Shown here piece by piece: positions 8,681 through 16,611 of a stretch of DNA of 32,000 nt. The notes under the pieces were generated by a model. That model worked only from the letters and a program-made list of their open reading frames with translations, searched no databases and had not been told where the DNA came from. Origin of the DNA: Vibrio vulnificus CMCP6 (GTDB lineage Bacteria; Pseudomonadota; Gammaproteobacteria; Enterobacterales; Vibrionaceae). The stretch is from assembly GCF_000039765.1 (NCBI RefSeq), contig NC_004460.2, positions 1,470,001-1,502,000 of the forward strand, given 5' to 3'. Made by a program: the position numbers and the translations under genes. Each line of letters opens with the position of its first letter. Position 1 is the first letter of the stretch.

Positions 8681-9496
8681 ATTATTAAGTATCTTATTGA
8701 TGGTTTTAGAGGAAAACCCAATTTTGTAAGCAGAGCTCATGCTCGATATCGAGTTGATGAGCACCTCTATGAATTCTCCTTTCCCGATAATTACTCTAGT
8801 TTTAAATACTATCTTCAGGAAACGAACTTAGACGTACTTAACGACAGTGCCGATCCCAACTTTTTTGAGCATAAAGTTGATCTGGGTTTCTTCTCATATC
8901 GATTTCACAACGTCATTATCAACCCTATCGATCTCTATAATAGCCAAGGCTTACTGCTAGTGATCTTGAGGCTTAAAAAAGTGCCACAATCATTTGATGG
9001 CATTGAATCGTTAAACGCTGTGATAGAACAAGAATATCTAGACTTTTATCATGATCCTGTACCAGTAGAAAGAACGTTGCGTGGTCGGCATACCGAGGAT
9101 ATGAATCACGCCTCTGAATATGCAAAGAAAAGATGGGAGGATTATTCGGATGATGAGGATAAGAAATCAAGAGATGCCTATATTTTAGGGAACTACATGA
9201 GGGCCTATCCGCCAATAAAATGTACATCTATTACACTTGGTAAACATACATATTCTAAGTACGTTGAAGGTGATATTAACTACAAACATATTTTCCAACG
9301 AGTGTACAACCTTCCGCTCAAAGACAACTATATGTTGAGCTTTTTGTTTAAATATCGTTTAGAAGGCGAAGCGTCTAAGAAAAAATTCCGAAAGTGGCTT
9401 CTTTCTTCGGATGAAACGTTTGAACATAAAGTCCTTGAAACGCTCGAGATATCTCGTTTGGTCGATCCCCAGTTAAACGCTATTTTCGCTAAGTGA
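8681..9496 (+). CDS. orphan protein, paralog A of a tandem pair; the full-length frame has no canonical start codon
   Basis: The track ORF (8960..9496) starts at an internal GTG. The same frame stays open back to 8645 and aligns residue for residue with the N-terminus of paralog B (DGFRGKPNF, SFP-NYSSF, LGF-SYRF-NVI-NP, NSQGLLLVI). A GAGGA Shine-Dalgarno at 8668-8672 is followed by ATC (8678), ATT (8681) and ATT (8684). There is no ATG, GTG or TTG before 8960. Confidence 0.6.
   Translation: MIKYLIDGFRGKPNFVSRAHARYRVDEHLYEFSFPDNYSSFKYYLQETNLDVLNDSADPNFFEHKVDLGFFSYRFHNVIINPIDLYNSQGLLLVILRLKKVPQSFDGIESLNAVIEQEYLDFYHDPVPVERTLRGRHTEDMNHASEYAKKRWEDYSDDEDKKSRDAYILGNYMRAYPPIKCTSITLGKHTYSKYVEGDINYKHIFQRVYNLPLKDNYMLSFLFKYRLEGEASKKKFRKWLLSSDETFEHKVLETLEISRLVDPQLNAIFAK
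9347..9417 (+). repeat. 71-nt near-identical segment, copy 1 (partner at 10179..10249)
   Basis: 70 of 71 nt are identical between the copies, with a single A/T difference at 9391/10223. The rest of the two genes is much more diverged at the nucleotide level. The segment encodes FKYRLEGEASKKKFRKWLLSSDE. Confidence 0.85.
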
Positions 9497-9506
9497 TAGA
9501 TATATT

Positions 9507-10349
9507 ATGTTTATTAAAAACTTTCGAGATGGTTTTAGAGGTAAACCTAATTTTGAAAGATTAGAACTAGCTCAATATAAAATAGATAATTATTTCTACG
9601 AGTGCTCATTTCCAAGCAATTACTCTAGCTTTGTCTATGAGAGGGAGTGTGTGTCTTTACCTATATCTAATGATGCTTTTGTTAATGATGGCCATGAAGA
9701 CATTGTTCATCTTGGTTTTGTGTCCTATCGATTTAGCAATGTCATTAAAAATCCTTTACTTCCATGCAATAGTCAGGGTTTGCTACTTGTGATCGTAAGA
9801 ATAAAACAAGTAAAAGAAAAAATTGATGATGTTGAATCCCTTGGTCGTATTCTTGAAAAAGAGTATGTTGACTATTATCACGACCCAAATCCAGATCATA
9901 AAAGCCAGCGCGGAAGGCATACGGAGGATATGGAAAATGCATATAGATACGCTAATAAAGTTTGGGGGAATTTACCAGATAGTGACGATGATTCTATAGA
10001 AAGAAATGACTATCTGCTTGGTTCGTATCTGAGGTCATATCCGCCAATAAAATGTGAATCTGTGAAAATAGGAAAATACGGTTATTCTAAGTATGTAGAG
10101 GGGAACATCGATTATAAAAATACCGTTAGAAGATTCTATAATTTGCCTATTAAAGATAACTATATATTGAGCTTTGAGTTTAAATATCGTTTAGAAGGCG
10201 AAGCGTCTAAGAAAAAATTCCGTAAGTGGCTTCTTTCTTCGGATGAAACCTTTGAGCATAAAATACTCGAAACATTGGATATTTCTCGTTTGGTGGATGC
10301 CTCTACTGAGAACGAGATCGCGTTCATCTCAAGCCAAGGTAAGCAGTAG
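9507..10349 (+). CDS. orphan protein, paralog B of a tandem pair (280 aa, soluble, no signal peptide)
   Basis: ATG ORF starting 10 nt after the paralog A stop. By eye a bit over half of the residues are identical to paralog A over the full length. No family recognised. Confidence 0.7.
   Translation: MFIKNFRDGFRGKPNFERLELAQYKIDNYFYECSFPSNYSSFVYERECVSLPISNDAFVNDGHEDIVHLGFVSYRFSNVIKNPLLPCNSQGLLLVIVRIKQVKEKIDDVESLGRILEKEYVDYYHDPNPDHKSQRGRHTEDMENAYRYANKVWGNLPDSDDDSIERNDYLLGSYLRSYPPIKCESVKIGKYGYSKYVEGNIDYKNTVRRFYNLPIKDNYILSFEFKYRLEGEASKKKFRKWLLSSDETFEHKILETLDISRLVDASTENEIAFISSQGKQ
10179..10249 (+). repeat. 71-nt near-identical segment, copy 2 (partner at 9347..9417)
   Basis: Same comparison as copy 1. 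The offset between copies is 832 nt. Confidence 0.85.
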
Positions 10350-10371
10350 ATTCGGCACATGGTTATGTTTC

Positions 10372-10392
10372 GGGGCTCATTGAGCCCCTTTT
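10372..10392 (+). terminator. rho-independent terminator after paralog B, abutting the norR stop codon
   Basis: GGGGCTC (10372-10378), loop ATT, GAGCCCC (10382-10388), then TTTT. The norR stop codon begins at 10394. Confidence 0.7.
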
Positions 10393-10393
10393 G

Positions 10394-11926
10394 TTACTTA
10401 ATACCTAATCGCTTGGCTAGACGATGAAGGTTGCCACTGTCGAGCTCTAGTTGCCTTGCGGTGGCGGCCCAGTTGCCTTGGTTAGACTCTAATGCTCGTA
10501 AGATAAGTTTTTTTTGAAAGGCGTCGGTTGCCTGTTTCAAACCGATGTCGCTGTGAATTTCGTGTTGAGCTTGCGAGGCTGCAACGGTTGGCATCATGGG
10601 AGAAGTCGGCGTTTTGATGTCGAAATCTTGCGAGATCAGTTCGATGTCCATTTGCGGCGTGCGCGCTTTGGCCAAAACGGCGGCGCGTTTTATGACATGC
10701 TCCAACTCGCGTACATTGCCCGGCCAGTGGTACTCCCTAAGCTCTGCGACCAGAGAAGGGGAGAGCCGAACGCTGTGTAAGCCGAGTTTGCCTCGGACTT
10801 GTTCAGCAAAAAATCCGGCTAGCAAAATCACATCCTCTTCGCGCTCGCGTAGGGGTGGCACATGCAACGGAAAGACACTGAGCCGGTGATAGAGATCAGC
10901 ACGGAAACGCCCCGCTTTGACTTCCTCATGCAGTACTCGGTTGGTTGCGGCGACGATACGCGTATTAACGCGAATATGACGATCATCACCAACGCGTTGA
11001 ATGTCGCCATATTGCAGCGCTCGCAATAGCTTGGCTTGTAGCTCTAACGATAATTCACCCACTTCATCGAGGAACAGCGTGCCACCATCGGCTTGCTCAA
11101 ATTTCCCTTTGCGGTGGCTGATGGCGCCAGTAAATGCCCCCTTGATGTGACCAAAAAGTTCGCTCTCCGCTACCGATTCCGGCAGCGCTGCACAGTTGAG
11201 GTAAACCAAGTTGTTTGACGCTCGGTCAGAACGATGATGAATCGCATTGGCGACCAGCTCTTTGCCCACTCCAGTTTCGCCCATGACCAGCACAGACAGC
11301 TCGGTGTTGGCGACCGCATCAATCTGATCTTGCAGTGTTCTCATCCCCTGTGAGTTACCGATGATCTCATTACTGAGCGTGCGCTTCTCGGCGTAAGATT
11401 CACGCGGCAAGCTGGCTTGGGTTTCCAACTGTTCCAAAAGCAGCGCGGTATGCAAGCCACCGGCGGCCAACGCACTGATAAAACGCAATTCTTGGTTTTT
11501 TAGCTGATCAAATTGGTTTGGGTCTAACGCATCGATGGTGATGGCACCAATCAGTTGGTCATCAATCAGCAATGGTAAACCAATGCACGAGTGAACGTGG
11601 AGTTTGCCTTGGTGGTTGGTGATCAGGCCATCGTAGGGATCGGGCAAAGTGCTTTCAGAGGGAAAGCGCACAATGTCTCCTGCTCGCGCGATGGCTTCCA
11701 AGCGAGGATGCTGTTCAATGGAGAAGCGTCTGCCAAGAACTTCTTTGGCCAAACCATTGATTGCTAACGGCTTAAAGTGTTGATCTTCAAATAAAAGCAG
11801 CGCAGAGGAGTCGCAATTGAGTACGTCGCGAATGGTGGTGAGCAGGGTATCGAATCGCGCTTGGCGTGTGAGCGCAGAGTTGAGGTCCTGAGTGATGTGC
11901 AACCACTGGGCGATAAGCGAAGTCAT
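10394..11926 (-). CDS. norR: NorR, NO-responsive sigma54-dependent transcriptional activator (GAF, AAA+ and HTH domains)
   Basis: N-terminal GAF domain. AAA+ motifs [12 protein letters not shown] and GAFTGA (the sigma54 contact loop). C-terminal Fis-type HTH. Divergent from norVW. Confidence 0.92.
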   Translation of the reverse strand: MTSLIAQWLHITQDLNSALTRQARFDTLLTTIRDVLNCDSSALLLFEDQHFKPLAINGLAKEVLGRRFSIEQHPRLEAIARAGDIVRFPSESTLPDPYDGLITNHQGKLHVHSCIGLPLLIDDQLIGAITIDALDPNQFDQLKNQELRFISALAAGGLHTALLLEQLETQASLPRESYAEKRTLSNEIIGNSQGMRTLQDQIDAVANTELSVLVMGETGVGKELVANAIHHRSDRASNNLVYLNCAALPESVAESELFGHIKGAFTGAISHRKGKFEQADGGTLFLDEVGELSLELQAKLLRALQYGDIQRVGDDRHIRVNTRIVAATNRVLHEEVKAGRFRADLYHRLSVFPLHVPPLREREEDVILLAGFFAEQVRGKLGLHSVRLSPSLVAELREYHWPGNVRELEHVIKRAAVLAKARTPQMDIELISQDFDIKTPTSPMMPTVAASQAQHEIHSDIGLKQATDAFQKKLILRALESNQGNWAATARQLELDSGNLHRLAKRLGIK

Positions 11927-11943
11927 AAGGTCATACCAATAAT

Positions 11944-11998
11944 GTCAATATGACAATTGTAGTGTCTAAATGACAAAATTCAATAGTGTCATTTAGAC
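11944..11998. promoter_or_regulatory. three NorR-type GT-N7-AC binding sites (upstream activator sequence)
   Basis: GTCAATATGAC (11944-11954), GTCTAAATGAC (11964-11974) and GTCATTTAGAC (11988-11998). The last two sit within perfect 15-nt inverted arms, AGTGTCTAAATGACA (11961-11975) and TGTCATTTAGACACT (11987-12001). Confidence 0.75.
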
Positions 11999-12052
11999 AC
12001 TGTTAAAAGTTGGATTGATTTTAACTTATTGAAATATATTGGTTTTAAAAGT

Positions 12053-12068
12053 TGGCATGGTCGCTGCA
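12053..12068 (+). promoter_or_regulatory. sigma54 (-24/-12) promoter of norV
   Basis: TGGCATGGTCGCTGCA has GG and GC separated by 10 nt, fitting TGGCAC-N5-TTGCW. It lies about 60 nt upstream of the norV ATG. Confidence 0.8.
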
Positions 12069-12129
12069 ATAAGAATAAGTAGATGTTTAACCAAGAAAAA
12101 ATTTTCACTTATTTTGCAAGGTAGTAATC

Positions 12130-13614
12130 ATGACGATTCATGTAAAAAACAATATTCATTGGGTAGGACAACGCGATTGGGAAGTACAAGATTTTCACGG
12201 TACAGAATACAAAATGACCAAAGGTACCAGTTACAACAGCTACTTGATTCGTGAAGAAAAGACCGTACTGATTGACACGGTTGATCATCGCTTTAGCCAG
12301 CAGTTTATTCAAAACCTGCAAATGGAAATCGATTTGCAAAGCATCGACTTCATTGTGATTAACCATGCTGAAGAAGATCACTCAGGCGCACTTTCGGCGC
12401 TGATGGAGAAGATCCCCAACACACCAATTTACTGCACAGAAGCCGCAATTGATTCCATTGTTGGTCATCATCACCACCCTGAATGGAACTTCAAAACGGT
12501 CAAAACGGGTGACAGCATTGATATCGGTAATGGCAAGCAATTGGTGTTTGTTGAAGCCCCAATGCTGCATTGGCCAGACAGTATGATGACGTATCTGACT
12601 GGCGATGCAGTACTGTTCAGTAACGACGCTTTCGGCCAGCATTACTGCGATGAGCGCTTGTTCAATGACGAAGTGGATCAAGCGGAGTTGATGGAGCAGT
12701 GCCTTCGTTACTATTCCAACATCCTGACGCCTTTTAGTGCTTTGGTGACGGCGAAGATTCAGGAAGTGCTGAGCTTTAACCTTCCTGTCGATATGATTGC
12801 CACCTCACACGGGATTGTCTGGCGTGAGAATCCAACCCAGATCATCGAGCAATACTTGGCTTGGGCGAATGACTACCAAGAAGACCGCATCACCATCTTC
12901 TACGATTCCATGTCGAACAACACACGCATGATGGCCGATGCGATTGCTCAAGGTATTCACGATGTTGACCCGAGTGTTGCCGTGAAAGTATTTAACGTTT
13001 CCAAGCAAGATAAGAACGAGATCTTAGCCAATGTGTTCCGTTCCAAAGGGATTCTGGTTGGCTCTTCAACCATGAACAACGTGATGATGCCGAAAATCGC
13101 TGGCATGTTAGAAGAGATCACCGGGCTGCGTTTTAAAGCGAAAAAAGCCGCGGCTTTTGGTAGTTATGGCTGGAATGGTGGTGCAGTTGATCGTATCCAC
13201 GCGCGTTTAACCGATGCAGGGTTTGAGACGGCGATTAGCTTGAAAACCAAGTGGCGTCCGGATGGAAAAGCGATGCGAGAGTGTCGTGAGCATGGTCAGC
13301 AGATCGCCAAACTGTGGGCCGTTAAAGATAAATCGACCTTGAGTACGCCTGTAAATGCCTTTCAGTCAGCAACACCAATCGAGGGGATCGAAGCGCAGCA
13401 ACCGTTAACAGAAACCACGCCAACCGCAGACGCCGCACATTCAGCCGATTGCCAATGCATGGTTTGCACCGTTTGTAATTGGGTGTATGACCCCGCTAAA
13501 GGGGAGCCCAATCAAGGCATTGAAGTGGGCACCACTTGGGCCGATGTACCGGATTATTTCCTTTGCCCAGAATGCCATTTAGGCAAAGACGTTTTTGTTG
13601 AATACCAAGGGTAA
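12130..13614 (+). CDS. norV: anaerobic nitric oxide reductase flavorubredoxin
   Basis: Metallo-beta-lactamase-like di-iron domain ([12 protein letters not shown]), a flavodoxin domain, and a C-terminal rubredoxin with [10 protein letters not shown] ... FLCPEC. Confidence 0.95.
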
Positions 13615-13624
13615 GGAGGGTGTG

Positions 13625-14773
13625 ATGTCCGATCCCATTATCATCATTGGCAGTGGTTTTGCTGCCTACCAGTTGGTCAAAAGTGTGCGTCGTTTAGACG
13701 CACATATCCCAATTCAGATCTTCACTGCCGATGACGGTGCCGAGTACAACAAACCGGATTTGAGCCACGTGTTCAGCAAGCGTCAAACCGCGGCAGACTT
13801 GGTGGTGAAAAGCGGCGAGGCATTTGCCGAAGAATACAACGTGCAACTGCACGCTCACACGCAGGTCGAACGCGTGCTGACCCAGCAACAGCAAGTGGTG
13901 GCTAATGGCCGTTGCTACCCTTATTCCAAACTGGTGTTTGCCACCGGAGCACAAGCGTTTGTGCCGCCGATGCGTGGGGATGGTCTGGCAAAAGTGATGA
14001 CGTTGAACTCGCTGCAAGAGTATCAAGCGGCTGAGCAGCCGTTAAGCCGTGCTCAGCATGTGTTGGTGATTGGTGGCGGATTGATTGGCGTGGAGATCGC
14101 GCTGGATTTGGCAACCTCCGGCAAACAGGTAACGGTGGTGGAGCCCAATGCACGCCTGTTAGCCAATTTGCTGCCGGAGTTTATTGCTCTGCCATTAGAA
14201 CAGCAGTTGATGAAGCATGGCATTCAGTTGGCGCTAAATAGCCGTGTGGAAAGCGTGACAGAGCAGGGTCAAACGTTGGCGATTGCGCTGCACGATGGAC
14301 GTGAGTTTGCCGTGGACGCGGTACTATGCGCGGCGGGGCTCAAAGCCAATACCGCTGTGGCGCGAGAAGCAGGGTTGAGCGTTGAGCGAGGAATTTGCGT
14401 TGATCATCAGCTCAACACATCCGATCCGCACATCTATGCCTTAGGGGATTGCGCGCAAATTGAAGGGCGTATGTTGCCCTATTTACAACCGATTGTGCTG
14501 AGCGCCAATGTGTTGGCCAAGCAGTTAGTCGGTCAAGAGGCACGGTTGACGCTCCCACCCATGATGGTGAAGGTGAAAACGCCAAGTTATCCCATTCAGT
14601 TGGCCGGCGATTTTTCGCCAGAATCGCATTGGCAGGTGCAGCTTTCGCCAGAGGGTATCGTGGCTAAAGCGCAAAGCCCACTGGGGGATTTTACTGGCTT
14701 TGTGGTCACAGGTGAGTATGTAACGCAGGCGTTCCCATTGTTGCGCGAGCTGTCTCAGCGCGCGAATGGATAA
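13625..14773 (+). CDS. norW: NADH:flavorubredoxin reductase
   Basis: Pyridine nucleotide-disulfide oxidoreductase with IIIIGSGFAAYQ and VLVIGGGLIGVEIA dinucleotide motifs. The ATG at 13625 is preceded by AGGAGG (13614-13619). Confidence 0.9.
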   Translation: MSDPIIIIGSGFAAYQLVKSVRRLDAHIPIQIFTADDGAEYNKPDLSHVFSKRQTAADLVVKSGEAFAEEYNVQLHAHTQVERVLTQQQQVVANGRCYPYSKLVFATGAQAFVPPMRGDGLAKVMTLNSLQEYQAAEQPLSRAQHVLVIGGGLIGVEIALDLATSGKQVTVVEPNARLLANLLPEFIALPLEQQLMKHGIQLALNSRVESVTEQGQTLAIALHDGREFAVDAVLCAAGLKANTAVAREAGLSVERGICVDHQLNTSDPHIYALGDCAQIEGRMLPYLQPIVLSANVLAKQLVGQEARLTLPPMMVKVKTPSYPIQLAGDFSPESHWQVQLSPEGIVAKAQSPLGDFTGFVVTGEYVTQAFPLLRELSQRANG

Positions 14774-14801
14774 GTAACAAGCAAATTAAAGAGGACAGAC
14801 G

Positions 14802-15143
14802 ATGTCACATATGCGCATTCCAAAAGAGTGGACGATTCAACGCTCCACCCCATTTTTTACCAAACAAACCGTGCCAGCAGCGCTGCTGACACACCACAAT
14901 ACCGCGCAAGGGGTATTTGGCCAGCTGTGCGTGATGGAAGGGACGGTCACGTACTATGGTTTTGCCAACGAAGAGGCAACGGAAGCAGAGCAAGTGGTGG
15001 TGATCACCGCGGGGCAGTTTGCGACCAGTCCGCCACAATATTGGCATCGTATCGAGATGAGCGACGATGCGCAGTTCAATATCAACTTCTGGTCGGATCG
15101 TGATAAACGAAGTGAGGTGATGTTCCACGCGAAAACGGAGTGA
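14802..15143 (+). CDS. DUF1971-family protein (YeaR / TehB N-terminal domain-like)
   Basis: 113 aa, with the cupin-like pattern TPFFTKQTVPAALLTHHNT ... GQLCVMEGTVTYYGF ... PPQYWHRIE that I associate with the DUF1971/YeaR family. GAGGA Shine-Dalgarno at 14791-14795. It begins 28 nt after the norW stop. Confidence 0.75.
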   Translation: MSHMRIPKEWTIQRSTPFFTKQTVPAALLTHHNTAQGVFGQLCVMEGTVTYYGFANEEATEAEQVVVITAGQFATSPPQYWHRIEMSDDAQFNINFWSDRDKRSEVMFHAKTE

Positions 15144-15144
15144 G

Positions 15145-15199
15145 AACCATGAGAAGCCGTGTTGCTGGTCAGTGGTTACCATCAACACGGTATGGTTTT
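15145..15199 (+). terminator. candidate long-hairpin terminator after the DUF1971 gene
   Basis: Outer pairing AACCAT (15145-15150) with ATGGTT (15192-15197). Inner stem CCGTGTTG (15157-15164) with CAACACGG (15183-15190). A short T run follows at 15196-15199. Confidence 0.4.
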
Positions 15200-15219
15200 A
15201 TGCTTGTTGTGTCTCAAGC

Positions 15220-16416
15220 TTACTTGATTCGGCTGAAGGTGAAATTCTCATCTGAGTTAGTAAAGTTGAGGCTTTCATTGTCTGTTACCGTGACAGTTGC
15301 GCTAAACATGGGGCTATCTTTATCATATAAGCCGCCCGGACCGTCTGCTTCGCTAGTGATGCTGGTGACGGTGAACACACCACCATTGAGGCTAAAACTA
15401 CCAAATTCGCCGGATGTGGCCATAACCGCTTCACCATTGTAGGCTTCTTGGTTATTGCTGTGCACAATCACATATTGATTATTTGGTAGTATGGTTAAGA
15501 TGTTATCGCTGCTAATGTCATCTTCTCTCAAGTACCAAGCACCCACCATGGCATTACTGCTGTCGGTGATTTTGCTAAATTGAACCTGCTCACCGGCTTC
15601 ATCAGCGAAAGTGATGTCTAGAGTCGTTTGTGTGGCCTGAACTTCGAGAGTGATTGAGCCAAAGTCGTCTGCTAATCCGCCGGAGTTATCCGATTCACTG
15701 GTCACGTTAAGCGCCAACATTTGCGTGGCAGGATCGTAGGTATAAGTCCCGTATTCTGCCGAGCCCGCAGGTTGGTCGCCATCGTCAGGAATGTCGGAAT
15801 GTTCGTGCACTATGATGTAGTTGTTATCGTTGAAAAAGGTCAGCACATTGCGCTTTCCTGCGCCTTCACTCAATAACCAACTGCCGGTCAATTGGCCTTT
15901 TAAGGTATCGGTAAAGTGAGCCTGAGCGTCCTCTTCGGTGACTAAGGTTTTACTTATGCTGGTTAAAATGGCGCTAGCATCTGCGTCAAAGCTATCACTG
16001 CCGACATCTAATCCTGTGCCGACAAAAGCATCCTTACTGGCATCGCTAATGGTGATGCCATCAGAGAGATCACCGTTTTCGTCTAGGCTTTGCAGCAACT
16101 GCAAAATGTTAACTGTAGTGGTGGTTGCGAGTCCGCCACCGATATCAGCTGGCGTCACTTGAGCAGCTGCTTTGACGGCTGGAAAGGTGAGATCGCCAAG
16201 GTAAAAGGTGACCGTTTCACCTTCTAAATATGTAAATTTGCCGCCTTCTGTGGTCACACCTTCACTAATGGTTGCGGTGCGATAATTCATGCCGATAACG
16301 GGACTATCTAGAAAGACACCCGTTTTGGTTTGTGGTGTCGGGGTAGATGAATCGCTACTGCCGCCGCAGCCAGCCAAAGCAAGTGCCACACATCCTGTTA
16401 GTAGTCGTATTTTCAT
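15220..16416 (-). CDS. lipoprotein of unknown function with two tandem C-terminal repeat domains of about 108 aa
   Basis: Lipobox LALAG-C (Cys17) after MKIRLLTGCVA. GGAG Shine-Dalgarno 5 nt upstream of the start. Internal duplication of aa 176-284 and aa 290-398, sharing G-W-L, NN-Y-IVH, EYG/EFG, VTSE/ITSE, GGL and FSKI/FSRI. Confidence 0.8.
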   Translation of the reverse strand: MKIRLLTGCVALALAGCGGSSDSSTPTPQTKTGVFLDSPVIGMNYRTATISEGVTTEGGKFTYLEGETVTFYLGDLTFPAVKAAAQVTPADIGGGLATTTTVNILQLLQSLDENGDLSDGITISDASKDAFVGTGLDVGSDSFDADASAILTSISKTLVTEEDAQAHFTDTLKGQLTGSWLLSEGAGKRNVLTFFNDNNYIIVHEHSDIPDDGDQPAGSAEYGTYTYDPATQMLALNVTSESDNSGGLADDFGSITLEVQATQTTLDITFADEAGEQVQFSKITDSSNAMVGAWYLREDDISSDNILTILPNNQYVIVHSNNQEAYNGEAVMATSGEFGSFSLNGGVFTVTSITSEADGPGGLYDKDSPMFSATVTVTDNESLNFTNSDENFTFSRIK

Positions 16417-16544
16417 ATGTGCTCCAATCGGTTTTTATTTTGCACAAGGCAACCCTTGTCTTGTCATCCAAGCTTAGTATTTCATCGAGAATTTTGCCCA
16501 ACAATACCCATATGGGTAATGCTGTTAACATTTCTCACATTTAT

Positions 16545-16572
16545 TTGACATTGCCGAGTGGGGGTTTAATAC
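16545..16572 (+). promoter_or_regulatory. candidate sigma70 promoter for the LuxR-type regulator
   Basis: TTGACA (16545-16550), a 16-nt spacer, then TAATAC (16567-16572). Confidence 0.3.
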
Positions 16573-16611
16573 TTTTTGCGCAGTTGACTGCTTCTAGGTT
16601 GATGGGTGGAT

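Noticed and set aside
8504-8764. 86-aa minus-strand ORF in the low-GC islet.
   Set aside because: It lies antisense to the conserved, paralog-aligned N-terminal coding region of paralog A (8681 onward). It is a low-complexity AT-rich translation and most likely a shadow ORF.
9371-9392. The AAG AAA AAA TTC run inside the conserved 71-nt patch, considered as a programmed frameshift slippery site.
   Set aside because: It does not fit the X_XXY_YYZ pattern in the reading frame, and no alternative-frame ORF continues downstream.
12039-12381. ORFs 12039..12254 (+) and 12109..12381 (-) overlapping the norV promoter and 5' end.
   Set aside because: They overlap the sigma54 promoter and the strongly supported norV CDS. 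They are frame shadows.
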